Source of the DNA: Thalia democratica
Taxonomy: Eukaryota
Length of the DNA stretch: 64,000 nucleotides
Direction: 5' to 3'
NCBI GenBank assembly: GCA_965202585.1
Contig: OZ241828.1
Location: 70,556,001-70,620,000, forward strand
Below, one piece after another: positions 26,475 through 40,068 of this stretch (position 1 is the stretch's first letter; the number at the start of each line of letters is the position of its first letter). Both the position numbers and the translations under genes were made by a program. Under the pieces are notes generated by a model, which did not search any database, was not told where the DNA came from, and saw only the letters and a list, made by a program, of their open reading frames with translations.

Positions 26475-29326
26475 TGATAGGATTAATTTTAACGCTAACA
26501 AGTTTTCTTATATAAATTGTAACAACAACTATTTAAAAATTGGTTACACTAATATAAGATCTATTTTAAATAAATTTAATATTTTAGAGAACTATATAAA
26601 TTTGAATAACATTGATTTTTTTTTTGACTGAAACATGGTTGACTAATAAGGTCAACGATGCCACAGTGTGTCCTTTTAAATATAACATTTACAGAAGTGA
26701 TAGGTCTAGTAGGGGTGGAGGTATTGCTATCCTTTTCAAAAATTCGCTTAAAGTTATTAAAGTTAAAAACGATTCTATCTCTACTAGCAACATCAATTTT
26801 GAATATCTATGTGTAGATGTAATTTTTAAAAAGATAAAACTAAGATTTTGTTGTGTCTACCTTCCTCCACTGTCTGCGAGATGCGCACTGACTGTTCAAA
26901 ATGTAATTAAAGTGATTAAAATGGTTTTTCCAAAAGAGTGTTCTTTTAATGTTCTTTGTGATTTTAATATGCCAAACATAGATAGGAGAATTTCTAGCAC
27001 AGATTTCTATAAACCCCATGAGTGTTTACTTAATTTTTGTACAGACAATTTTTTAACCCAAGTAATTGAAAGTTCAACCCATAAGAATGGTAACATTCTC
27101 AATCTCATAATTTGCAATCATTTTGGTCTAGATAGAATCATATCACACTCAACTAATTTTCCATTAAGAAACACTTGTGACCATAACTTGTTTTCACTAA
27201 AAATTAAAATTGAAAATAAAATAGTACCTATTGCTAAAAAAGTCTCATATGACTATAAAAAAACAGATTTTGAAAGCATCAATGATTTCCTGTCAAAAAG
27301 TAATTGGACCTTTTTTTTTAAATTCAGAAAATCTCCAGCATTTCTATGATCAATTCATTAGTTTAATCCAAATCTCAATTAAACGTTTTGTTCCAACTTA
27401 TTCTAAAAACAACAAAAGTAAAAAATATCCATCTCATATTAAAAAGTTATTAAAAGAAAGAGCGAATCTATACAAAAAAAGTAAGACAAACAAATCACTT
27501 TTGATAAAATACAAAAACAAGTCTAAAGAATATCAATTAGCTGTTAAAAAATACAACTTTGAATATGAAAACAAATTCTGTAAAAACCCAAATTTAAAAA
27601 AGTTTTATAGCTACGTGAAATCTAACCTTAAGTTAAATAATTCCATACATCTCTTATATGATAATGATAAAAACAAAACAGTAACCTCGGGTTTTGAAAT
27701 AGCCACACTTACTAACATAAGGTATCAAAAAGTTTTTAAAAAAAGACGAGAGTTACCAGTTTTTTAACCTACCCAAAATTAATTGTAGTAAAATGCAAAA
27801 TTTCTTTTAACTTATGAAGAAATTATAAGTTCAATTAACTACTAAAAGATAAAATCATAAGAACGCCAGAAAACATTTATATTATTTACATTATATCAAG
27901 CATGTTATCCAATCAATAACTTTTCCACTATCATTAATATTTAATTGCTCTCTAGAACTATCTGATGTTCCTTAACAATTGAAAACATCTTTTATTATTC
28001 CTGTGCACAAGAAAGGTAATATACACGATGCGTTAAATTACAGACCAATATTTCTAACAAGTGGCTTCTCAAGAATATATGAACATATTGTATCTGTAAA
28101 AATTCTCATTCACCTCTTTGATAACAAATTATTAACTAACAAATAATTTGGTTTTGTTCCAAACCGCTCATCAACCATTCAAGTGTTAACATGCTTACGT
28201 TCTTGGTTAGTTCCTTATCTCAAAAATGAGTTTACTAAAGTAGTTTATACGGGTATTCAAAAAGCCTTTGATTCAGTATCACACAAAAGATTATTAAAAA
28301 TTTTAAATCAGTATGGGCTACATGAAAACTTAATTGATTGGTTTTATAACTTTTCAAATAATAGATCACAAAGAGTACTTATCAATTATACGCTTTCTGA
28401 CTCTTTAACAATCTACAGTGGAGTACCACAAGGTGGTGTAGTTGGTCCCTTTCTCTTTTTAATTTATATTAATGATATTTGTTCAAACATTGATATTAAA
28501 AGTGAGTTTAGGTTATTTGCAGATGATGCCAAAATATTTAGTCAGTCAAACTATCTTTAGATAATATTTACATATGGTTAAAAACAAGAAAGCTAAACTT
28601 AAATCCTAGCAAATATAAAATTCTAACCATTACCAAAAAAAATCTTCTCCAACTGACCTCTTAATCAATAACATCAAGTTACCTAAAGTTAAAGTTTTTA
28701 AAGATTTGGGAATTTATATTTATAAAGATTTAAAATCGAATGAACATATCAACTATTTATATAAAGTTGCACAAACTACATGTTATCAAACATCAAAAAG
28801 TTTTAAAACTAATTCTGCTTCAATTCTGACAAAACTATTTAAAACAAACGTTCGCCCAAAACTTGAGTTTAGTACCAAAACTTGGTCCCCCCATTTAAAA
28901 AAGGATATTAATAAAACTGAATCTGTGCAAAGGAGTATTACCTGTCATATTTGTAGTCGTTGCAACATATCTTACACATCATATAATGATAGAATTATCA
29001 AATTTGGCTTTGAATCACTGGAATATAGAAGATGGGTATTTGATCTATTAACTCTTTATAAAATTATCAATGGCAAATATAAAAGTTTTTTTAACCAGTT
29101 TTTAAGTTTTTCTCAAAATAAATATCAACTAAGAGGAAATAATTTGAAATTAAAATGTAAAGATGATTTTCTAAACAGTCAGTGGCAATGCGCATTTTTT
29201 CACAGAGCAAAAGCTATGTGGAACAGACTACCTCAGGATATAGTATCTTGTGAGGGGGTTGAACAATTTCGTTTAAAGCTAAAAAGATTTGATTTAAATA
29301 CAATAAATACCAGTAAAGTTCACTAA
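26475..29326 (+). pseudogene. LINE ORF2: APE endonuclease + reverse transcriptase
   Basis: YTNIRSILNK, LTETWL, RSDRSSRGGGIAI, DFN.P, CDH (endonuclease); NYRPI.LTS, KAFDSVSH, SGVPQG..GP.LFLIYIND, FADDAK (RT); ESLEYRR..DL..LYKI, LRG, WN.LP (CR1/L2 C-terminus). Confidence 0.93.
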
Positions 29327-29668
29327 TTTACCACTATAAACAAAAGAAAAAAAATTCTTTTCCCTACGCCCCCCCCCCCCCTACAAACTATTAGTTTACT
29401 TATTTATTTTGTAATTATGAATTTTGTTTTATAATCGATGACTTTAGACAACTTCTTTATTGTGTGTACTAAGTAATATATAAGTTTGAATTTTTTGAAT
29501 TGAATTTTTAATTTAGTCCATTTGTATATCATATTGTGTTTAATTATGTGTTTTCATTTAAATTATGATTTTGTATATATATATATATTAACAAAGCCCT
29601 CAAGGTGGGCTCAGTGTGAAAAATTTAATTTATTAAGTTAAATAACTTAATTCTATATATATATATAT

Positions 29669-30076
29669 ATAATTTATTAAAATGGCGATTTTAAAAATTC
29701 TTGAACATATGTTTCATAAAGCTTTAATTTTTCATAAAGCTCTAATCATCAGCCAGTTATTTTCAAAATAAAAGCACTGTACTAAACAAAGATACAAAAG
29801 TTATGCAAAAAAACAAAAACAGTATGACGTAATATTGTACATTACAAATATTCAGTACAAAAATCGATCTACCTTCTAACTAATCAAACAACTAAAATTA
29901 ACGAAAACAACAGTTAATTGACTATAAAATGCTTCAAAATTTGTTGTGTTTTAAGAGAAGCTTTTTTATATGTCGACAAGACGATATAAATTCGCTTCTC
30001 TTTAATAAGATTTAATAAATAAGCTTTATGAAACATATGTTCCAGAATTTTTAAAATCGCCATTTTAATAAATTAT
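29669..30076. mobile_element. MITE with ~55-bp TIRs
   Basis: TAATTTATTAAAATGGCGATTTTAAAAATTCT(T/G)GAACATATGTTTCATAAAGCTT and its reverse complement; inserted at a (TA)n tract. Confidence 0.85.
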
Positions 30077-30131
30077 TTAAAAGACCTTCAAGTGGGCTCA
30101 GTTGAAAGAGTTTAAGTTTAAACATTATTCT

Positions 30132-30136
<5 letters not shown>

Positions 30137-30177
<41 letters not shown>

Positions 30178-30328
30178 ATAATATATTAATATAATATATA
30201 TATATATATTATTATTTTTTTTAAATTGTTTATTATGCAATGTTAGACTCAGGCATCAAAACCTGAGCCACTTAAACAGGACACACAAAAAGAGAAAAAA
30301 GAAATAAACTTATATTCAAAACTTTAAG

Positions 30329-30359
<31 letters not shown>

Positions 30360-30360
30360 A
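30137..30360. repeat. (TA)n microsatellites
   Basis: Runs at about 30137-30210 and 30336-30360; shorter ones at 29575-29590 and 29654-29670. Confidence 0.9.
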
Positions 30361-31999
30361 GGTTCTGACGAAAAGTAGTGAAACACGTATTAAACTATCA
30401 AAAAAAAGCTTGGGAGAGTGTTTTATGTATGTTATGCATTTTAATAAAAGCTAATAATGCTTGGAGTTTTAAACAGTAAAATTGACATTAACATTCCCTA
30501 TGGTTGAGAAAATGAAAGCAAAATGCATATAAAAAGGCTGTAAGAAATTTGTTAGAAATTTAGATTGTGAAATTGTTTAACGAAAAAGATGATTAATGCA
30601 ACTGAAATTTATTTAGATGTCTTTGATCACTAGTCTTCACGGTAAATTAAATCTGTGCAAACTTAAATAAAACAAAAAAATCAGTTCACCCGAAGTTTAA
30701 AACTCTCCAAAAGTTTAATAGTTATTTTTTAAATTTTTTTAAGAATTGGAGTAAATTTTAAAACACCCCTTAAATGTCATTAAGACTTTTTTTCTCTTCA
30801 AAAAAATAAACTCCAGATTACCTAGTATAAATTTCCAAATGAGTTTCGTACACCTCTACATGAGTTTCAAGCGTTCTAAATTTATTGTGCAGCTTGAATA
30901 AATTTAGGCACACCTTGAAGACCATTGCTTATAAAAACATTTATGTTAGTGTAGCTTGTCGTTCCGGTCTAACATATACTTTTAGTTGTTCGCAAATTTT
31001 TTTTATAAGAATTTGAAAAACTCTTATGAAATAATTGTAGATTTTTTGTTTCATATGTGTTTTTACCAGCAGCTACTTGTATTTCTGCTGAACACAGCTT
31101 TTCTTCTAAAGTGACAGACTTAGTTTAAACATTATTAAGAATATTGGTAGTTTGTAAATTTTTACAATTGCTACCCACGTTTTTTGGCTAATTGATATAA
31201 TGCTTCATATACTATTTGCTGTTCTTCAAAAAAAAACCGGTTGCTTTATGTAATTTTTCTTTTTCGCGCATTTGACTGTTTTCAACATCTATGTATATAA
31301 ATTCATCAAAGTTTTAAAGTATGGCATTGGTTATGAAATTCTTGAAAGGCTTTAAAGTTTTTTGTTTTCAAAAGTATTTGTGATATACTATTTACACTCA
31401 TTTTTAATTGTGCATTTTGAAAGGCAGTTTTGATAGTTTTATAAGTAACCCTCTCCATTGTATTTTAAGCTAAGTTGACTACATCTAGCAGAGTTTATGG
31501 TCTGCCAAAATGATTATCAACATATTTTTTACAAAAGTTAGAACCATTTTTTAATAATTTTAGTTTGTTGTCACAGAACGGCAAAGCATCTTTTGAAAGC
31601 AGGTACTTTACAGATTTTTTTGACAGCTGCGATAAATACTAAGTGCACGGCTATTTATAGTTTGTTAGATTGGTAGGAATATTACGCTCTTTAATTGCTT
31701 CTAATTAACTTGCATCAAGTTTGATGAAGGTAAACAAAGACTAGGTTCACTTGAGTACGCACTTTTGTACTATAATAATAATGCGTACTCAAGCGGCAGG
31801 TTACTTTATTGTTTTTTAATTGATTAATCCTTAACAGGTTATTAGTTAATATCTTAAAAATTGATCAACAGTTTTTTTTTTAAAGTGGCTAACTAATAAA
31901 CAAACACACATAACTTTTAATAAGGAGTTATTGCTATCTACAAAAGTCTAAACAAATCATGACTTTAATAAAAAGTTGTTTTAAGTCTTTGTTTAAAGT

Positions 32000-33712
32000 G
32001 AAAGCTGATATTTTCTAAATTGAAATCATTTCTAACCTGATCAACTCTAACCCCGATAATTTCTAACCCGATTATTTCTAACACGATCATTTCTAACCTG
32101 ATCACTTCTATCCCGATCATTTATAACTTGATTATTTCTAATACGATCATTTCAAACCCGATACAACCCGACTATATTTAACTCAATAAGTAAAAATTTG
32201 TTAATTTTTAATACTTTTTAGATCAGGATCTAACTTAAAAACTAACTAAACTTTAAAAAATTGTTCTTTTTTTAAATTTTAAGTTTATCTTTTCTCAAAC
32301 ATAACAAAATGTTTATTGTGCAATATTTAAAGTGTACTATTAATATTAACTTAATTTCAACTTGTTATTGTTTTAAATTACTTTACTCACTTTGAATTTT
32401 TCATTTATATTAATATCCTTAAATCGGTCTTTTTTTTTTATTTAAGATAAAGTTAACAAAAATCATTCTAAATCAAAGCTGAAATTTTAGACATATTTTT
32501 TGACTCAAAAACTTCAAAAAACTTTTATTTAAATTAAATATAATTACGAGGGAATGATTGTAGAAACTCTTTTTTTTAGAGTAAATTAACTTGTAAAAAC
32601 GTGAATACATTAACTTAAGTACTATTTTAACTCGTAATTAAAGAGATTTAATATTAAATAAACCAAGTGAAAGTTTTTAAGAAAACTAACTAGACGATAT
32701 TTAAGAATTCTCGGACTTGTTATATTAACAAAAAAGCCTGTTTAAGTGTTATATTTAGAAGTTAAGATTTTAAACTAAACTAAACAAAAATATTTAAGTT
32801 CGCATAATATTTGTTTAAACTACATTATTTAAAAAGGTCTATGCAAGTTGTAGGACAATTTGTGCACGTTTCTAAGCTTTAAGTGAAAATTTACCTACTA
32901 TAAAGTAGTAATAAGTCAGTCAACGATTATACAACGCATACGCTAGACTTGCAGCTGCATCTGGACTGTTGAATAAAAATATTTGATTCTGAATGTTACA
33001 TTTATAACCAGTTTAACTTTTAAAATTTACTTGCTTTAAATATAGATTCTAGTTACGTAAATGACAAGAAGATAAAACTTAAACATAGTGATAATAGCTT
33101 AGTTTAAAAATTCAGCAAAGTAAAAACAAAAAAGAAACAAAAAACTACTAAATCTTATTTAATAAAAAAAGGTCAATTTAAGTAATTTGATATAAAGAAA
33201 AAAGACAATTATTGAAAATTAATTTTAAATTATTAATAGTCAATAATAAGAGGGTTATTAAAATTTTATTATAATTAAAACTATATAAACATAAAGTTTG
33301 GTGAAGATGAAGAAAATTAAGATTTAATTTACCAACGAGTATAATAACATTAGTCAGATTTAAAAATAAATACTAAAAAGAAAACAACAAATTTTTACTG
33401 ATCAGGTTAGAAACGATCGGGTTAGAAACAATCGGGTTAGAAATGATCGAGTTAGAAATGATCGGGTCAGAAATGTTCGAGTTAGAAATAATCGGGTCAG
33501 AAATGAACATGTTAAAAGTGATCGGGTTAGAAATGGTTGTTTTAGAAATTAATAGGTTAGAAGTGATCGTATTAGACATGATCGGGTTAGAAGTGTTCGA
33601 GTTAGATATGATCGTGTTAAAAATGACCGGGTTAGAAGTGATCGGATTAGACATGACCGGGTTAGAAGTGATCAGGTAAGAAATGATCGCGGGTTAGAAA
33701 TGATAGTAAACC
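32000..33712 (-). mobile_element. Non-autonomous MULE-like element with 15-bp-array termini (copy B)
   Basis: Perfect 9-bp TSD GTTTAAAGT (31991-31999, 33713-33721). Inverted arrays of (ATTTCTAACCCGATC)n at about 32025-32165 and 33403-33705; right tip GATAGTAAACC, left tip decayed GAAAGCTGAT. Confidence 0.85.
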
Positions 33713-36219
33713 GTTTAAAGTATATTTGAAATAGTTATATTTTGTTTAATTTTTAACATAATTGTTTGATTAGAAAATGTTTAGTTTAACTATTTAAACT
33801 ATTTCTATCGATCAGACAATTATGCTCATAAATTGTTTTGGGTTAGTATAAGATACGATAGTTTCTTGATTTACTTATGCGTTAAAAAATAAACTAAACC
33901 AAAAACTGTAATTTTAACTTTTTTAAATAAATTAAAATTAAGCGTTGCTGATATAGTTTTAAGCAACGTGACTAAGTTTTAAAGCAGTTTAAAATTGATT
34001 TAGGTATTAATAATAAAACCTATTAGTTTCTCTAGAAGTACATTTAAAATTCCCTTAGTACAGCTTAAATGCATATATTTTATATTGCTTATTGAACGAC
34101 CATATAAAAATATGTAAAAAATTTGATCTAAGGACTTACGGTACGAATAAAGCTTTCGGCTATCAAGTTGTACATATTATGCTTTTACAATCTTTTACGG
34201 GATAATAAAATTTAATTTTAGTAAACAAAAGTTTTAAATTTTAAGAAATATAACAATTAATAAAAAAAAAACTCAAAGAAAGTCGACTAAGTTATTAATC
34301 CACTTAGAAAATTAAAAATTAAAATTTATTTAAAAACTTGTAAAATAACTCAGGGACTTGTTTTGACTGGTTTCCTGTGCGCCCCCCAAAAAAAGTATAA
34401 GAAAAAAAAAGCTTGATTACCAATAAAAACATTATCTGACCAGACTACTTACATGTTTAAGAAGATTTTGTTTTGCTTTTCTACAAAACTTTTGAAAATT
34501 TTTAAAGTAATATGACGTATTTTTGTAAGTTTTTATGTTGATAAATACAATGATAAAAAAAAAAAATATAAAAATAATATAAAAAAATAACAAACCAATA
34601 AAAACTCTTCAATAAAACAATTTTTGATTGTTCTTACATCTTAAAAAGTTTTTTTTAAGTTATGAAACTTTCACTTATGCTTATATTTCGTTAAAAAAAT
34701 ATTAATCTATTTTTAATTAAAATTTGATATTTAAATAAATTACTAAAACTGAAACTGTTTGACTTATCTATTTGTTTTGAATATGTTTTACTAATATTAA
34801 GATAAGTTAATTACTATCTTAGATTGGTCATCTTGTTCAGTTTCGTATTTATAAATGTTTCGTCAATCATGTTCGCTTCACAATGTGAGGCAAAATTTTC
34901 ACATTTGCAATAATAAATGACCTATGTCTTTAGTTGTTCTACTAAAGTTTAACAACTGTATTACTTATCAAGATTTTGCATTCTCTTTAAATAGTATCTA
35001 AAAATATACTTAACAAATAAAATTTTAAAAAGTTATATAGTAGACAATCATGAAAACTTAAAAAGTGTTTATTAGAAGCTACCACTGAAATTACTTTGTT
35101 TAAAAAAAAAAGTGCTACTCATTTAAAAAAGTATAGATACGTCCCTGTAATAACACACAAATGAAAAAGAACCTTAGCCTAAAACTTTGATAAATAAAAA
35201 AAAGGAACTAGCATAAAGTTTTCTTTTATAATTATTAGCAAAACGGTTTTAATGTATAATATATTTTAAAAATAAGAAAGTAGTGTTTTGTAGTTTAATA
35301 TAATTTTAGTCAACAATAATTATACACTCTTTTTGCTACTTTAGGAGATAACTGAGATTTTATAAATATTTTTATAAATAAAATCTTAGAACTACTTGTC
35401 TAAAATACGTTTATTTAATATTAAAATACTGAATGTCATTTACTTATTACCCAGTATTTCGTAGTTATGTGAAGTAAAGTTAGTTAGTTAAGCATTACCT
35501 AGACTTGTATATTAATGAAAATGTTTACTTAGTCAATCCTAATGTTCATTATATGTGTGTATAAGTGTAAAGTAAAGTTGGTATTTTAATGACCTTTATT
35601 CGAATGTTATAATACAAATAGTATTAGATCAAATTTTAGAATAAGCGAAAACTAATTAAAACTGTGTTTAGTTTGAAATTTAATTACAGAAGAAAGCTAA
35701 TGCATACTTTGTCAATGGTATTAAATAATTCAGTCATTTTAAAATAACTCTTTTAGTTTACTTGTTTTTTAATTTTTAATTAAGCTTTTTTGATTTTTAT
35801 ACTCTTCTCTTTTACAATTACTCTATTCTATTTTTATAATACAACAACAATTCATTGAGCTAATTTAAAATGTATATACGTCATAATGGTTAACCTTAAT
35901 TAACTTTCCTACTTAAGTGCCCTGTGTTTTAAACTCATAACTTGTTTTACAATTACCGACCAAATACTTAATTGCTAGATTCTCATTTGTTTATTTTAGA
36001 TACATTTTAAAACTTAGTAAGAGTTGTATATAATAATGAAAAAAACCTTGGCAATACGTCATTTATGTACAATTTTAAAACAAGTAACAATGTTATAATC
36101 AATAGAAGTGATAGAAGTCATTTAGTTTAAATTTAAATTATTTTAAATTAAAAAAAAATATTTTAATATTTCATCTGAACAAGCTTAAAAAAATCAGTGT
36201 ACTAGAATCTTCTAAAAAT

Positions 36220-36477
36220 AAACTATATACACCTAGTTTCCTTAACTCATTCTCACAATTGCCCCCTTGTCACAAATAAAAAATCGTCCTGTTTTGCTAA
36301 AAATTGCCAATTTAATGTTTTATCATCAATTTACTTTTTCGATTTCTCACTAATCATTACAAACTGATAGCTAAAATCGCAATGGTCGGGCAATATTGGT
36401 CAAAACAGGACGATTTTTTGTTTGTACCATGGGGGCAATTGCGAGAATGAGTTTAGAAAACTAGGTGTATATAGTTT
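36220..36477. mobile_element. TA-flanked MITE (Tc1/mariner-like), mostly palindromic
   Basis: TATACACCTAGTTT..AACTCATTCTC.CAATTGCCCCC...ATCGTCCTGTTTTG mirrored by CAAAACAGGACGAT...GGGGGCAATTG.GAGAATGAGTT..AAACTAGGTGTATA. Confidence 0.85.
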
Positions 36478-36878
36478 ATGACTAAAATCCTAATATACAT
36501 AGACTTTAAAACACTTTGTTGCTTTACTTATTTTAAAGTTACTGGACGTCTAGGTTAAAATTTAAACACTTTAGTATCTTCTTGTAGTGTTGTACTTCAA
36601 ATACTTTTTTACAGATTAATTCACGGCTTAGAAATGTTTGTATACTTCATAAAGTAGACACTACTATTCAGCTGTTTTTTATATAACTATGTACTTGTTT
36701 CTATACAACAAAGAACTAAAACAATAAAATAAGATATGTTCTAGGTGACTTTTGTCAAGCTATTTATAAAAAAATTAACTGTTTTAATTTTTTAAAATAA
36801 AAAAATTTAAATTTTTTTAAGAAGTTTACAGTTTTTTCTACTCAAGTTTCTTTACGAAAAATTACAACAGTTTCAATC

Positions 36879-39800
36879 GGTTTACTATCATTTCTAACTC
36901 GCTATCATTTCTAACCCGATCACTTCTAACTCGATCACTTTTAACCTAATTGTTTCTAACCCGATCACTTCTAACCCGATCATTTCTAACCCGATCATTT
37001 CTAGCCCAATCACTTCTAACCCAATCATTTTTAACCCGATCACTTCTAACCCTATCATTTCTAACCCAATCACTTCTAACCCGATCACTTCTAACCCGAT
37101 CACTTCTAACCCGACCATTTCTAACCCGATCATTTCTAACCCGATCACTTTTAACTCGATCACTTCTAACCCGATCACTTCTAAACCGATCATTTCTAAC
37201 CCAATCACTTCCCACCCGATCACTTCAAACCCGATCACTTTTAACCCGATCATTTCTAACCCGATCATTTCCAACTTGATCGTTTCTAACTCGCAATAAT
37301 TAATCCGATCTGTAGTAATATGTATATGTATTTTTGTATTAAAGAAAAGATTTGTTTTGAAACAAAATAATCTCAAAAAAGTTTTTTTTTTTTATCGAAA
37401 TTTAGTTTATTTTGTTTAAAGTAAAACTTAATATTTAGACAGATTTAATAAAATTTTATTTTTGATGTTTATTGGTATTGGAAGTTTTTTTTTTCCTACG
37501 CTAGACCAACACATAAAAATCTGGGTTGCTTAAACTTAATAGCACATAACGAAAAGACAACAGTTTTGATATCTTTAAATAAAAAACTACAGTTTTATAG
37601 ATTAACAGCAAAAAAAATCAACACATATATAAGACTAATTAACTTGTTTATGATTCGAAGGAGAATGATTTTAACATACTTAGTTTTAATTTTATAATAA
37701 GCAGCTTAAATATCAACTCTTTTAACGATCAATAACTTCCAATACAACAAAATACAGCTGCACAATCTTTCATTATAAAATTAACTTTCAATTTCTTTTC
37801 AACAAACAACCTTCTTTACAAAATTCAGCAATACATATTGAGAAAAATTAGTAAATTTTTTCTATTATTTTAGTTTAGCAACCAGAAAAAAAGTCTGAAT
37901 TACGCATTTCTACATTAAAATAAGGTTAAGGATTACTCTTATAAAATACTTTAGAATATGCTACAATGTCAGAATTAAAACAAACTACAAAAATTTATGA
38001 ATAAAACTTCTTCTTGTATACATCTACCAGATATACACATCCTAACTTTTATAGTTAGGCTCTGCACATTTGTGCAACCGTTTGGTATTTCATTGTTTTT
38101 TTATCTTTTTTTTTTGTAGCTTTGCCAAAGCATGATCAAAAAATTAAAATAAACATTTTTAAAAAATTAAAGTATAGATAATTTTAAAAAAATCAAAAAT
38201 TTAAATGAATTGATTAACCTCTAAGTTTAAAACCTTAAGTCCAAATCACATTAACAATGCAGGTCAAATAAACATTTATCGGAAACATTAAAGAATGGTT
38301 TATTATCTACATAGAAAAGACAATTCTAATACAATCAAACTATAGAATGAACCAAATCCTACATATTAAATCAATGGTTCATAAGTTCAAATTTGTTAAA
38401 CTACTTAAAGTTTCTAACATAAAGTATTTTATTTTAATCAAGTAAGATTTAATCAGATTTGTTCAACTTTATGCAAAGATTAGTTTTGTTTAAAAGCTAA
38501 CTCCACATTTAAACTGAAAAATACTTATGATTGCATGCATTTTTCGATTTATTTTCGTGGTAATTAATTATTTTAATAGGATTTAAAAAGTTGATTATAA
38601 GTTAACTGTAGTTTTTAGTTTTAATAGGATGAGGAAAAGTATAAGTCTTCTGTATTACAAAGACTAACAATTTAGTTTTATAGACATCAATGTAAGAAAT
38701 ATAATGAGCGTTGCAGCGGTTAAAGACTATTTTTTACTTATTTTTTTGAAGAGATTCTATATGGTTAGTATAAGTTTTAAGTATGGAGACCACATTGGCA
38801 AGTTGCATTTAAATTTAGGGCAAATTTATACGGAATACCATTTTTTAAGAGTATTAGTATGAGTATATATAAAACTTAGAATAATACAGTTAATTATATT
38901 TAGTAATAGTAATTAATATGGTAATTTCATTTAGAATTATCATCATTAAATTCCAAGTTCTTAAAACGAAAGTGTATTATGTTTAATACAAAGTAAAAAG
39001 TAGAGGTAAACGTTTTTTATTTTTATAAATAGACCCTGTCATTTACTAAAAGTTGAATTAGATTTTCTTTCTTTTAGCCAATGGTAAATTATATCTAAAG
39101 ATTAAATAGGAAATATTATATAATAAAATTAAATATAAAAGTTAAGTGTCTAAAGCTTATTAATTTGATTTTTTATATTTCTTTTAAAATGTTTTGTATA
39201 TAGAGCAAAATAAATTTACATTTTTAATAAAAATTTAAAAGTTTTAAAAGATTTTAAATTACAAAAATAATTTAACACGATTAATAGTAAAAACTTCTCA
39301 AAAATTTTCTTGACATCTATAAAAGTTATTATTTTACAGATTTCCAAAAACACAAAAACTTTAAATTATTTAGAGCTCATTATATATGAATTATAAATAT
39401 AAGTTATTAGATTAGTTTATACAACTCAAAAAATGAGGTAAAAAAAGAATAATATTATGCTAAGATAATACTAAAATAAAAATTATACAAAAATAGTTTT
39501 TTACGTAACACATTAAATCATTATGCTTTAAAGAAATAAAAAAATTAACTTTTTTTAATTATTTTAATTACTTTACAAAGATTTGTTTGTTTTCGCAGAA
39601 AATCCTCAAAAAAAAATAAATGTAAATAAACTAGTAAAATAGGTTAGAAACGATCGGGCTAAAAACGATCAGGCTAAAAGTGATCGGGTTAGAAATGATC
39701 GGTTTAGAAATAATCGAGTTAGAATGATCGGGTTAAAAATGATCGGGTTAGAAGTGATCCTGTTAGAAATGATCATGTTATAAGTGATCGAGTTAGAAGT

Positions 39801-40068
39801 GATCGGGTTAGAAGTAATCGGGTTAGAAGTGTTCCTGTTAGAAATTATCGGGTTATAAGTGATCAAGTTAGAAGTGATCGGGTTAGAAGTGATCGGGTTA
39901 GAAATGATCGGGTTAGAAGTGATCGGGTTAGAAGTGATCGGGTTAGAAGTGATCTGGTTAAAAATGATCGGGGTAAAAATGATCGGGTTAGAAGTGATCG
40001 GGTTAGAAATGATCGGGTTAGAATTGATCAGGTTAGAAATGATAGCGGGTTAGAAATGATCGGCTCCC
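36879..40068 (+). mobile_element. Non-autonomous MULE-like element with 15-bp-array termini (copy A)
   Basis: 9-bp TSD GTTTCAATC / GTTTTAATC (36870-36878, 40069-40077; one mismatch). Tips GGTTTACTATC... and ...GATCGGCTCCC; arrays at about 36890-37290 and 39640-40060. Confidence 0.85.

Larger units (their letters stand above)
25485..29560 (+). mobile_element. Near full-length CR1/L2-clade LINE, inactivated
   Basis: ORF1, then APE endonuclease and RT ORF2, then AT-rich 3' UTR ending near (TA)n. Multiple stops and frameshifts. Confidence 0.93.
23979..31805 (-). mobile_element. Kolobok-like DNA transposon relic hosting nested retroelements
   Basis: 23-bp TIRs AGTAACCTGCCGCTT(C/G)AGTACGC at 23979-24001 and 31783-31805, AG...CT termini, TTAT on both flanks. 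Heavily decayed minus-strand coding at about 30400-31650 includes THAP-like CKVPAF...IIKKWF. Confidence 0.55.

Noticed and set aside
34135-34925. Minus-strand exon-like bits (MYNLIAESFIRT|GTAAGT; VIYYCKCENFASHCEANMIDE...)
   Set aside because: Short, in the wrong order for one gene, and with no recognisable homology.
36890-37290. GGGTTAG-containing arrays as interstitial telomere or G-quadruplex
   Set aside because: The unit is 15 bp rather than TTAGGG, GGG runs are 12 nt apart and often mutated, and the arrays are explained as TE ends with TSDs.
37500-38400. Faint MULE-transposase-like words inside copy A (e.g. KIQQYILRKI)
   Set aside because: Too fragmentary to call without a profile search.
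33373-40053. ORFs encoding (LEVIG)n, (ISNP)n, (DRVRS)n and (LTRSL)n
   Set aside because: They are translations of the 15-bp terminal arrays of the MULE-like elements; a period divisible by 3 keeps several frames open.
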